NCBI GenBank assembly: GCA_025057275.1
Contig: JANWXQ010000019.1
Location: 2,254-66,253, forward strand
DNA from: Chitinophagales bacterium
Lineage (GTDB): Bacteria > Bacteroidota > Bacteroidia > Chitinophagales > UBA10324
Length of the DNA: 64,000 bases
Direction of reading: 5' to 3'
Positions within the stretch are counted from its first letter, which is position 1, and every line of letters begins with the position of its first letter. Shown one piece after another: positions 1 to 8,378 of this stretch. The notes below the pieces were generated by a model. It was not told the DNA's origin and did no database searches. It saw nothing but the letters and a program-made list of their open reading frames with translations. The position numbers and the translations under genes are program-made.

Positions 1-115
1 AATAATTTGTACTAAGTTTTACATTAACAAGCAAACTAACCAAAATTAACAATAATCTACCAACTTTTTAATTCTTATTTCGCAAACATTTTTGACCTGA
101 AAAATTTCAGTAGTT

Positions 116-445
116 ATGTGCTATTACGTCGTTCACGTCATCATTGAAAAGTCCCGTGCCGAAGAATGGCTGCATTGGATGCAGCAGGAGCATCTTCCGA
201 AAGTGATGGCCACAGGGGCTTTTTCGGGTTACCTCATTTGCCGCAAGCATGCGCTGCCGAACGAAACTCCCTCGGACAAATGCCCTTTCGTGATACAATA
301 CCAATGTCATTCGCGCCAGCATCTGGACCGTTATCTGACAGAGCATGCCCCGGCTCTTCGCCGAAAACACGAGCAGTTATTTGGCGGTCAGTTTACCGCC
401 GAAAGAGAACTATGGCAGTCGGTGGATGCAGCACAGAAAGATTGA
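116..445 (+). CDS. DUF4286-like small protein, function unknown
   Basis: 109-aa ATG ORF directly after an AT-rich upstream region. The N-terminal pattern (VHVIIEKSRAEEWLHWMQQEHLPKV) resembles the ~100-aa Bacteroidota DUF4286 family; family call is from memory only. Confidence 0.55.
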   Translation: MCYYVVHVIIEKSRAEEWLHWMQQEHLPKVMATGAFSGYLICRKHALPNETPSDKCPFVIQYQCHSRQHLDRYLTEHAPALRRKHEQLFGGQFTAERELWQSVDAAQKD

Positions 446-499
446 TCCCCAAAGAACCGTTTGCACTCAGCTGACTAATCCGTTCAGTCCGATCAAAGC

Positions 500-3034
500 C
501 TATTCCTGCACATACACCCGCTTCACCCGGCGGGACACCCCTGTAAGCACTTCATAAGGTATGGTGCCGGACCAGGCGGCCACTTCAGCGACGGTGGGAT
601 CAGAGCCGAAAACCACGACAGGGTCGCCCTCTTTGCAGTCGGGAATTCCGGAAACGTCAATCATGGTCATATCCATGCACACATTACCTACAATCGGGCA
701 GCGCCGGCCATGAACCAGCATACTGCCCCTGCCGTTTCCCAGGCAGCGCTGCAATCCATCGGCATAGCCGATGGCAACCGTGGCGATAGTCAGGTCGCGG
801 TCGGCCTTGCCGGTTTGGCCGTAGCCTACGGACTGACCCTTTTGAATTTTTTTTATCTGAGAAATAGTGGTTCTCAGCGTGCCTACGGGCTGAAGCCGAC
901 CCTGAAGCTGCCCGGTGGCATCAAAACCATACAAGCCAATGCCAAGGCGAACCATGTCAAAATGCGCTTCCGGAAATCGCACGATACCGGCTGAATTCAC
1001 TACATGGCGAAGCACGGAATAACCCAAAGCCTGCATGATGCGCTCGCTCATCATAGCAAAACGGTGAATCTGGCCATAGGAGTAATCGTCCATGGCCGGG
1101 TCTTCACTTCCGGCCAAGTGAGTAAATACCGACTGCACACGCAAATACGGGGATTCGGCCAGCAATGCCAGCAGTTCATCTAGTTCTTCTGCCGGAAATC
1201 CCAGTCGGTTCATGCCGGTTTCCAGCTCTAAATGAACAGGTACCGGCTGGCCATTGCCCACACGCGCTGCCGCTTGTTGGGCAAACTGACGCAACAAACG
1301 AAGGCTGTACAATTCCGGTTCGAGCCGGTAAGCAATGACTGCTTCGAATGACTGGGGCTCGGGGTTCATGACCATGATGGGCAGACCGATACCTTTCTGC
1401 CGCAACTCCACCCCTTCGTCGGCATAGGCTACGGCCAGATAGTCCACATGCTGTTGCTGCAGCGCCTGAGCAATTTCATAGCTGCCGCTGCCGTAACTGA
1501 AGGCTTTCACCATCACCATGGTTTTCACCTGGGGCCGCAACAGCGATTGATAAACCTGCAGATTGTGCAGCAAGGCATTCAGGTCAATGGTGAGGACGGT
1601 TTCATGGATCTGTTGTTCCAGTCGCCGGGCAATGCGTTCAAAGGCAAACGGTCGCGCTCCTTTCAGCAAAATGGCTTCTCGCTGAAACCAGTCGGGTTGC
1701 AGCTCGCTGAGAAAAGCCTCGGTGGATGGGTAAAAACGGCTTTGCAGCGAACCGTTCTGGGTAAACACAGCCTGCTGCCGCATCAGGGCCGGCCCGATGC
1801 CAATAAAACGTTGCACCTGATGCTGACGCAGCAACTGGTGCACGGAAGCATACAATTCAACTTCATCGTGGCCGCTTTGCAGAATATCGCTGAGGATTAC
1901 GGACTGACGCACATGCTGCTTTTGCTGAGAAAGAAAATCCAGTGCTATGGACAGGGAATTCAGGTCGGAGTTGTAACTGTCGTTAATCAGGCTGCACTGG
2001 TTGACGGCCTCTTTAAGCTCCAGGCGCATGGCCACGCGGTGCAGTTCGGCCAGCCGCTGGCGAGCCCGTTCGGGATCCACACCTAGCCAACGCATAACCA
2101 TCCAGCAATGGATGGCATTTTCTATGGAGGCTTCGTCGGTAAAGGGAATGACAAAGGAAAACGATTGGTCGCCCTGCGAAAGCAAAATCCGGGTGCCGGC
2201 GGCTTCGCGTTCTACATTGCGCACCTGCACGTCGGCATCGTCGCTGGTGCGCGACCAGCTGAAGGTCCGTAACCCGTCGAAAGCACTATCGGCCTTTTTC
2301 AGTTGGCTGCGTGCGCTGACAATACACTCGGTAATGTCCAGATAATCGCGGCAATAAATGAGTATTTCGGCATGAACAAACAGGCGCAGCTTTTCATTGA
2401 TTTTTTGACGCTGATTCAAAAATCCCTCGCTGTGCGCTTCACCGATGTTGGTAAACAGGCCAATGGTAGGTTGAATGACCTGTGCCAGCTGGGCCATTTC
2501 ATCGGTCTGGGAAATGCCCGCTTCAAAAATGGCCAGTTGATGGAAGTCATCCATCTGCCACACGCTGAGCGGCACGCCGATCTGGGAATTGTAACTCTTC
2601 GGGCTGCGCACGATGGTGTAATCCGGCGACAACAACTGGAAAAGCCATTCCTTGACGATGGTCTTTCCGTTGGAGCCCGTGATGCCAATGACGGGTATGG
2701 AGAACTGGCGTCGGTGATGTGCAGCCAGCGTCTGCAGGGCCACCAGGGTGTCCTTCACCCGAATCACCGATGCCCCTGCAAAAAGCGGCTTATCGTCCTG
2801 CATGACGTAGGCTTCATCCGAGATGATGAAGTTGCGTACACCCTTGTCGCAGAGCTCGCCAATGAACTGATGCCCGTCACGGCGGCTGCCGCGAATGGCA
2901 AAGAACAACGAGCCTTCGTGAAATGCCGGACGGCGGCTGTCGGTAACCAAATACTGCACCGGGGGCGTATCGGCCTGCTGAATAAAGCGTCCGCGGACGA
3001 TTCGGGCCACCTGATCCATGCTGTAAGAGTGCAT
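500..3034 (-). CDS. murF-alr: Bifunctional UDP-N-acetylmuramoyl-tripeptide--D-alanyl-D-alanine ligase (MurF) / alanine racemase (Alr) fusion
   Basis: N-terminal half has the Mur ligase P-loop (VIGITGSNGKT). C-terminal half has the alanine racemase PLP-lysine motif (VMVKAFSYGSG) and VAIGYADG. Start set at ATG 3034 (MHSYSMDQ; ATG 3019 also possible) rather than ORF-track 3196, because a TAnnTTTG box lies about 20 nt upstream. Confidence 0.9.
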   Translation of the reverse strand: MHSYSMDQVARIVRGRFIQQADTPPVQYLVTDSRRPAFHEGSLFFAIRGSRRDGHQFIGELCDKGVRNFIISDEAYVMQDDKPLFAGASVIRVKDTLVALQTLAAHHRRQFSIPVIGITGSNGKTIVKEWLFQLLSPDYTIVRSPKSYNSQIGVPLSVWQMDDFHQLAIFEAGISQTDEMAQLAQVIQPTIGLFTNIGEAHSEGFLNQRQKINEKLRLFVHAEILIYCRDYLDITECIVSARSQLKKADSAFDGLRTFSWSRTSDDADVQVRNVEREAAGTRILLSQGDQSFSFVIPFTDEASIENAIHCWMVMRWLGVDPERARQRLAELHRVAMRLELKEAVNQCSLINDSYNSDLNSLSIALDFLSQQKQHVRQSVILSDILQSGHDEVELYASVHQLLRQHQVQRFIGIGPALMRQQAVFTQNGSLQSRFYPSTEAFLSELQPDWFQREAILLKGARPFAFERIARRLEQQIHETVLTIDLNALLHNLQVYQSLLRPQVKTMVMVKAFSYGSGSYEIAQALQQQHVDYLAVAYADEGVELRQKGIGLPIMVMNPEPQSFEAVIAYRLEPELYSLRLLRQFAQQAAARVGNGQPVPVHLELETGMNRLGFPAEELDELLALLAESPYLRVQSVFTHLAGSEDPAMDDYSYGQIHRFAMMSERIMQALGYSVLRHVVNSAGIVRFPEAHFDMVRLGIGLYGFDATGQLQGRLQPVGTLRTTISQIKKIQKGQSVGYGQTGKADRDLTIATVAIGYADGLQRCLGNGRGSMLVHGRRCPIVGNVCMDMTMIDVSGIPDCKEGDPVVVFGSDPTVAEVAAWSGTIPYEVLTGVSRRVKRVYVQE

Positions 3035-3054
3035 AAACGATGTTCCGGTGAGCG

Positions 3055-3062
3055 CAAAAATA
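3055..3062 (-). promoter_or_regulatory. Candidate Bacteroidota -7 promoter element (TATTTTTG) for murF-alr
   Basis: Exact match to TAnnTTTG on the minus strand, about 20 nt upstream of ATG 3034. No clear -33 TTG seen. Confidence 0.35.
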
Positions 3063-3204
3063 GACCCTGCCTTTCCTTGGCCCGTTTTGCTTGGTCTGCA
3101 ACGACCATCCGAACAAACAGAAACCATGCTGTGCATGCGTCGGATAACGCCACTACGGATAGCCTCGTATGTGGCTGATATGATAACGTGCCACAAAAAC
3201 AGCG

Positions 3205-4113
3205 TCAGCGTGCTTTTTTATGGTAAAAGCCGGTGCCGTCGTAGTGCCGCCGCCCGGGATGATTGCGGCAGGACTCGCTGCAGCAGCCTTTCATGTGCTG
3301 TGCACACAACTCGCAGCAAATAAAATGTTTGTTGCATATTTCATTGGCACAGTTGATAAACCGCGCCGAAGGTTTGCCGCATAAGGCACAATAAGAGATC
3401 AGCGTGGGATTGACCTGGTTGACGTCAACCGTTATGCGCTGATCAAACACATAACACTTGCCGTCAAAATCTTTCCCACCGGTCTGCTTGCCATATTCAA
3501 TGATGCCGCCATGAAGCTGAAACACCTGCTCAAAACCCAGGCTTCGTAAATACGCTGTAGCCTTTTCACAACGAATTCCTCCGGTGCAGTAGGCAAGAAT
3601 GCGGTGTTTTTTATAGGGCTCCAGCATATGCACCACGTCAGGTACCTGTCGAAAACGGTCAATCGGCAGGGTAACGGCATGACGAAACCGACCCACTTCC
3701 CATTCCACCCGATTGCGGAAATCCACTACCACGGTATCAGGCTCATCCTTCATCTGCAGGAATTGTTGCGGTTCCAGATAAACGCCGCGCTGCTCTTCCA
3801 GACGCAGGCCGTCAACACCGAAATGCACAATTTCACGGCGGTACCGCACATGCAGTTTTTCAAAAGTGTGTCCATCGCATGGATCAGTCTTAAAGGCCAT
3901 GTCGGCAAAGCGGGGATCGGCATGCAGGTGGTTGCAGTAGGCCTGCATCTGCTCCGTGGTGCCGCTTACTGTTCCGTTTATGCCCTCATCGGCTATCAGC
4001 ACACGGCCGCGAATGCCCAACTGACGGCAAAAGGCCAGGTGTTGGGCCGCAAACACCTCGGCATCGGCCAGGGGCACGTACTTGTAAAACAACAAGGTTT
4101 CGTAGCCGGACAT
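3205..4113 (-). CDS. trhO: Rhodanese-related sulfurtransferase, UPF0176 / tRNA uridine(34) hydroxylase TrhO family
   Basis: ETLLFYKY N-terminus, rhodanese active-site loop CTGGIRCEK and a Cys-rich C-terminal tail (CALCGK...CCELC...CC..C). Start at ATG 4113 (MSGYETLL); the longer ORF-track N-terminus is Arg/Cys-rich junk. Confidence 0.85.
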   Translation of the reverse strand: MSGYETLLFYKYVPLADAEVFAAQHLAFCRQLGIRGRVLIADEGINGTVSGTTEQMQAYCNHLHADPRFADMAFKTDPCDGHTFEKLHVRYRREIVHFGVDGLRLEEQRGVYLEPQQFLQMKDEPDTVVVDFRNRVEWEVGRFRHAVTLPIDRFRQVPDVVHMLEPYKKHRILAYCTGGIRCEKATAYLRSLGFEQVFQLHGGIIEYGKQTGGKDFDGKCYVFDQRITVDVNQVNPTLISYCALCGKPSARFINCANEICNKHFICCELCAQHMKGCCSESCRNHPGRRHYDGTGFYHKKAR

Positions 4114-4187
4114 GAGAGCAAAATTAGCTGTTGCCACCGCGCAAGGCTGGCGGCTTGTGCACCTGCAGGGTTGGCTACCTTTGCTGC

Positions 4188-4610
4188 ATGGAAGCCCAGC
4201 TGCTACCCGTAACCGACGAGCAGGGGCGTGCCTGCAGTCCGGTTTTGCCACCAGGCAAGAAGAATTTCCTTATTGATATTGACGGCACCATCACCGACGA
4301 CATTCCCAACGAGCAGCCCGAGCGCATGCGTACCTGCCTGCCTTTTCCCGATGCCGTACAAACCATCCGTCAGTGGTTTCAGGAAGGTCATTTTATCTAC
4401 TTCTTCACTTCCCGAACCGAAGACCTGCGTCCGATCACAGAGGCGTGGCTGCAACAACACCAGATCCCGTATCACGGCATTGTATTCGGCAAACCCCGCG
4501 GCGGCAACTACCATTGGATAGACAACCATATCGTTCGGGCCACCCGTTTCAAGGGCCGCTTCGGGCAATTGGTCCGTCGCGAGCATACCATTGAAGTTTT
4601 TGAGGAATAG
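4188..4610 (+). CDS. HAD-superfamily hydrolase (small, capless type)
   Basis: DxDxT nucleophile motif (LIDIDGTITDD), FFTSR motif II, KP..G motif III region. Start at ATG 4188 (MEAQLL). Confidence 0.6.
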   Translation: MEAQLLPVTDEQGRACSPVLPPGKKNFLIDIDGTITDDIPNEQPERMRTCLPFPDAVQTIRQWFQEGHFIYFFTSRTEDLRPITEAWLQQHQIPYHGIVFGKPRGGNYHWIDNHIVRATRFKGRFGQLVRREHTIEVFEE

Positions 4611-4616
4611 TCTTAT

Positions 4617-4961
4617 ATGCGGCTTTCCGCCATGAAGCCCTATGCTTCCCCACCCAACCAGTACGAAACCGTGGCAGAAGCGTTGCAGGCCGCTCGGCAG
4701 CGGCATTTCACCGTTCCGTTTTCGTTCCGTAACGGGCAGCTCGTCAATGAGTTAACCGGCAATACCTATGAGTCAGATCAAGTGCAAGTGGAAGAGTTTC
4801 ACCGCAGCGAAGGCCTGACTGATCCGTCCGACAGCGCCATCGTATATTTTTTGCGCACCACCAGCGGGGAGCAGGGTTGGCTGATTGATGCCTATGGAGC
4901 CGATGGCAACGGCGAGCTGGCGGCTTTCTTGTTTGGGCAAAGCAGCAAAACCGCAGGATAA
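4617..4961 (+). CDS. Conserved hypothetical small protein
   Basis: 114-aa ORF 6 nt after the HAD gene. The EEFHRSEGLTDPSDSAIVYFL...GWLIDAYG block resembles a small Bacteroidota protein family of unknown function. ATG 4632 is an alternative start. Confidence 0.5.
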   Translation: MRLSAMKPYASPPNQYETVAEALQAARQRHFTVPFSFRNGQLVNELTGNTYESDQVQVEEFHRSEGLTDPSDSAIVYFLRTTSGEQGWLIDAYGADGNGELAAFLFGQSSKTAG

Positions 4962-5026
4962 ATTTTTCAAAAGCAGGCTCAACCCAATCTGTAGGACAAG
5001 TTAAACCCACGCACTTCCTGCTTTGC

Positions 5027-5719
5027 CTACAAGCGATGGATCAATTCCTTCAATCCAAAGATGACTCGGGCATTGGCGGGTAGTGAAGCAGCACCGGACG
5101 GAGCGATCAGCACGTAGTCCATTCCTACCGCCTGGGCACCGAGCGCATCCGCTTCCCAACTGTCGCCCACCAACAGGCTGTCATCTGCCCGGGCGCCGGT
5201 AAGCGAAAAAGCGTAATGAAATATGGCCGGATCCGGCTTTCTGCTGCCGGCCTGTTCGGCGGTAATGACCTGATGAAAGAACGGTTGCAATTCCGATGCC
5301 TCCAGCTTGCGCCGCTGCACGGCATCGAAACCGTTAGTTAAGATGTGCAGCGCATAACGGCCCTGCAAATAATGCAATACCTCGCGGGCGTGAGCCATCA
5401 GGCCCGTCTGTGCTGGCAGCAGATCCAGATATTCCTCCGACAGGGCCGGGGCCGCGTTTTCGTCGAGGCCAAAATCACGCAGCGTATGCTGCCATCGCCC
5501 CAGGCGCAGCGTATGTTGGCTGATGCGTCCCTGGCGGTATAAGCTCCAATACCGTTCATTATGGTGGTGATAGCGCTCCACAAATTGCTGAACAGGGATG
5601 CCCGCCTCCTGTAGCCCATGCCGCTCCAGCATTACGTGGAGCACCCGCCGTGAATTGGATTGAAAATCCCACAGCGTTTCGTCCAAATCAAAGAAAATAT
5701 GCCGGTATGCCTTTGCCAC
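5027..5719 (-). CDS. HAD family hydrolase, YjjG-like nucleotidase subfamily
   Basis: HIFFDLDETLWDF (DxD nucleophile), LTNG, and GDSWEAD motif IV. No ATG lies upstream of the DxD motif; GTG at 5719 (VAKAYRHIFFDLD) gives the usual short N-terminus. ORF-track start 5854 is a TTG with an implausible leader. Confidence 0.7.
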   Translation of the reverse strand: MAKAYRHIFFDLDETLWDFQSNSRRVLHVMLERHGLQEAGIPVQQFVERYHHHNERYWSLYRQGRISQHTLRLGRWQHTLRDFGLDENAAPALSEEYLDLLPAQTGLMAHAREVLHYLQGRYALHILTNGFDAVQRRKLEASELQPFFHQVITAEQAGSRKPDPAIFHYAFSLTGARADDSLLVGDSWEADALGAQAVGMDYVLIAPSGAASLPANARVIFGLKELIHRL

Positions 5720-5927
5720 GCGCCTAAAAAAGAACGGGCGGAAAACTACTGCAGAAAACAGAGCGCAGCAGTTGGCCAATTGAAAAAGCGTATTAACTTT
5801 GCTGTCAGAATCTGTATTCCTTTCGGCCCGGAGGCCGTTCGGTGAGGAGATCAAATCCAGAATTTTAAAAAAAACAATAAATCATCATTGCCGGCTTTTT
5901 GCCCGTTAGTGCTTAACCTCATTGCAT

Positions 5928-7475
5928 ATGTTTGACATTTTGCAACTGAACGACATGCTCGTTCCCGAGCTGCGTGACATTGCCGAGAAGCTGAAAATTG
6001 AAAACCATCAGAAACTCAGCAAGCAAGACCTGATTTACAAAATCCTGGACAAACAGGCGCTTGCGCCAGAGTTGTTGGCTCAGCCCTCGGCCAAAAGCGA
6101 ACCCCCTGCTGAAGAACGCCAGCGACGCGGCCGGCGCCGCATCGCCCCCGTGCACGAAACAAAACCCGATGCCAGACCGGTTGCGCCCGCAGCAGAAAAT
6201 CCGCCGCCGCCCAAGCAGGAGGAAACCCCGCGGGTTGAAAGCACCCAGGAACCTGCAACGACCCCACCTGCCGCACCGCAGCCGGAAGCGGTTACTTACG
6301 ACCGCAACGGTCAGTTTCAGCGCCTGCCCAAAACCCGTGAACTCTCTTTTTCTGTTGAGCTGGACGGCCTGGTGGACAGCGAGGGCGTTCTGGAGCTGAT
6401 GCCCGACGGGTATGGCTTTTTGCGATCTTCCGACTACAACTACTTGTCTTCCCCCGATGATGTCTACGTTTCGCCCCAGCAGATCAAGCACTTTGGCATC
6501 AAACAGGGTGACACCGTCTGCGGCACCATCCGGCCGCCTAAAGAGGGCGAAAAGTATTTTGCCCTCGTTAAGGTGGACACTATCAACGGCCGCAAGCCGG
6601 AAGAAATCCGGGACCGCGTGCCGTTTGATTATCTGACCCCGCTGTTTCCGCACGAAAAGTTTAACCTGTTTGACGACCCCAATAACTACTCCACGCGCAT
6701 CATGGACCTGTTCTGCCCTATCGGCAAGGGACAGCGCGGCCTGATCGTCGCTCAGCCCAAGACAGGAAAAACCATGCTGCTCAAAGCAGTGGCCAACGCC
6801 ATTGCGAAAAATCATCCCGAAGTCTATCTGATCGTGCTCTTGGTGGATGAACGTCCGGAAGAAGTAACCGACATGGAGCGCAGCGTGCGGGCAGAAGTCG
6901 TGGCCTCTACGTTTGATGAACCTGCCGAAAAGCACGTCAAGGTGGCTGCCATTGTTCTGGATAAAGCCAAGCGCATGGTGGAATGCGGCATGGATGTCTG
7001 CATCCTGCTGGACTCCATAACCCGTTTGGCCCGTGCGCACAATACCGTGCAACCGGCTTCCGGAAAGGTTTTGTCAGGAGGTGTGGAAGCCAATGCCCTG
7101 CACAAACCCAAACAGTTTTTCGGCGCTGCCCGCAAAATTGAAAACGGCGGTTCGCTTACCATTCTGGCCACGGCCCTGATTGACACCGGCTCCAAGATGG
7201 ATGAAGTAATTTTTGAAGAGTTCAAGGGAACCGGTAACATGGAGCTGCAGTTGGACCGCAAGCTGTCCAACAAGCGCATTTTCCCGGCAATGGATGTTAC
7301 GGCCTCTTCCACCCGACGCGAGGACCTGCTGCTGGATGCAGGCACCTTGCAGCGGATGTGGATTCTGCGCAATCACCTGGCCGACATGACTTCCGAAGAA
7401 GCCATGAAGTTCCTGCTGGAACACATGAAAGGCACGCGCTCTAACGAAGAGTTTCTGGTGTCCATGAACAGTTGA
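5928..7475 (+). CDS. rho: Transcription termination factor Rho with an N-terminal insertion domain
   Basis: [22 protein letters not shown] helix bundle, [15 protein letters not shown] cold-shock-like RNA-binding domain, Walker A (AQPKTGKT), Walker B ([10 protein letters not shown]). First ATG is 5928; 5922 is a TTG. Confidence 0.95.
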   Translation: MFDILQLNDMLVPELRDIAEKLKIENHQKLSKQDLIYKILDKQALAPELLAQPSAKSEPPAEERQRRGRRRIAPVHETKPDARPVAPAAENPPPPKQEETPRVESTQEPATTPPAAPQPEAVTYDRNGQFQRLPKTRELSFSVELDGLVDSEGVLELMPDGYGFLRSSDYNYLSSPDDVYVSPQQIKHFGIKQGDTVCGTIRPPKEGEKYFALVKVDTINGRKPEEIRDRVPFDYLTPLFPHEKFNLFDDPNNYSTRIMDLFCPIGKGQRGLIVAQPKTGKTMLLKAVANAIAKNHPEVYLIVLLVDERPEEVTDMERSVRAEVVASTFDEPAEKHVKVAAIVLDKAKRMVECGMDVCILLDSITRLARAHNTVQPASGKVLSGGVEANALHKPKQFFGAARKIENGGSLTILATALIDTGSKMDEVIFEEFKGTGNMELQLDRKLSNKRIFPAMDVTASSTRREDLLLDAGTLQRMWILRNHLADMTSEEAMKFLLEHMKGTRSNEEFLVSMNS

Positions 7476-7504
7476 CGTCTTAATCCTGCCTAACCGGTCT
7501 GATC

Positions 7505-7660
7505 ATGAAACGAACCTATCAGCCTTCGCGCCGCAAGCGGCTTAACAAACACGGCTTCCGCAAACGCATGAAAACCAAAGATGGCCGTGAAATCATCAAT
7601 CGTCGGCGGCGCCGCGGCCGCAAGAAACTCACGGTTTCCGACGAACGACGGCTGAAGTAA
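7505..7660 (+). CDS. rpmH: 50S ribosomal protein L34
   Basis: Hand translation gives [51 protein letters not shown], the classic L34 sequence. It is absent from the ORF track because it is shorter than 60 aa, and it sits immediately upstream of rnpA as in most bacteria. Confidence 0.95.
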   Translation: MKRTYQPSRRKRLNKHGFRKRMKTKDGREIINRRRRRGRKKLTVSDERRLK

Positions 7661-7666
7661 TCGGGC

Positions 7667-8104
7667 ATGCAGCCATCCTTTCACAGGCTGCCTATGGTTA
7701 ACGAAATTTCTTTCCCGCAACGACGGCAGACGCTTTCCCGTGACGAGCGGCTGCGCGGCAAGCGGCAGATTGAGAAATTGTTTGCATCGGGAAAGACTGT
7801 ACAGGTTATGCCGTTGCGTATTCGTTTTTGCCAGGAAGAAGGGCCAGGGCCTCCGGTACGGGTCCTTTTTTCTGTTTCCTCACGTTCCTTTCGCAACGCA
7901 GTGAGCCGCAACCGCATCCGCAGGCTGATGCGGGAGGCATACCGCCGCAACAAGCACCTGCTTACAGAGCCGCTGCAGGCCTGTGGACGTCATGCCCTGC
8001 TGGCCGTCCAATACCAGCACCATGCCCCATCCGACTACGGGTCGGTGGAAGCCAGTATGCGCCGTGCTCTTACCCAAGCCGCTTCCGGTTTATGCGCATC
8101 CTGA
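7667..8104 (+). CDS. rnpA: Ribonuclease P protein component
   Basis: Position after rpmH; basic protein with the LSRDERLRGKRQIEKLF motif and RNR-like motif (AVSRNRIRRLMREAYR). ATG 7694 is an alternative start. Confidence 0.85.
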   Translation: MQPSFHRLPMVNEISFPQRRQTLSRDERLRGKRQIEKLFASGKTVQVMPLRIRFCQEEGPGPPVRVLFSVSSRSFRNAVSRNRIRRLMREAYRRNKHLLTEPLQACGRHALLAVQYQHHAPSDYGSVEASMRRALTQAASGLCAS

Positions 8105-8322
8105 ACCGGATGTTGTCTGCACTTGCTCTGGCAGCCATAGGCGCCTACCAACGCCTGATTGCTCCCTGGCTGATGCCTTCCTGCCGCTTTCAGCCGTCCT
8201 GCTCCCGGTACATGGCCGAAGCCATCCGCCGTTATGGCATCTGGCGCGGCGGGTGGCTGGGCCTGCGGCGCCTGGCCCGCTGCCACCCCTGGGGAGGACA
8301 TGGCCATGATCCTGTGCCCTGA
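8092..8322 (+). CDS. yidD: Membrane protein insertion efficiency factor YidD
   Basis: 76 aa with the CRFQPSCSRY ... RCHPWGGHGHDPVP signature; overlaps the rnpA end by 13 nt. The longer ORF-track N-terminus is in the rnpA shadow. Confidence 0.9.
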   Translation: MRILNRMLSALALAAIGAYQRLIAPWLMPSCRFQPSCSRYMAEAIRRYGIWRGGWLGLRRLARCHPWGGHGHDPVP

Positions 8323-8378
8323 GGCACATCAGCCTGCATACTATTTTCGGGTAATTTCGTTTTTCCTTTAGTGAACTT

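Noticed and set aside
2303-3178. 291-aa ORF antisense to murF-alr, plus smaller ORFs at 710..994, 1448..2086 and 2001..2345
   Set aside because: All are nested in the murF-alr coding region on the opposite strand or in other frames. None has a recognisable domain, and the sense frame is fully explained.
5824-5837. Short GC hairpin (cggcc-cgga-ggccg) in the HAD/rho divergent region
   Set aside because: It is only 5 bp with no U-tract on either strand, and it sits between two divergent starts where a terminator makes little sense. It could be part of a rho leader structure, but the evidence is too thin.
5927-5934. TATGTTTG match to the -7 promoter consensus at the rho start
   Set aside because: The match contains the rho ATG itself. 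Using it as a promoter would remove the conserved MFDILQLN N-terminus.
5919-7052. 377-aa ORF antisense to rho
   Set aside because: It lies entirely inside, and opposite to, a gene with unmistakable Rho motifs. The translated sequence is Arg/Gly/His/Phe-rich with no motifs. It is a typical shadow ORF of a codon-biased, GC-rich gene.
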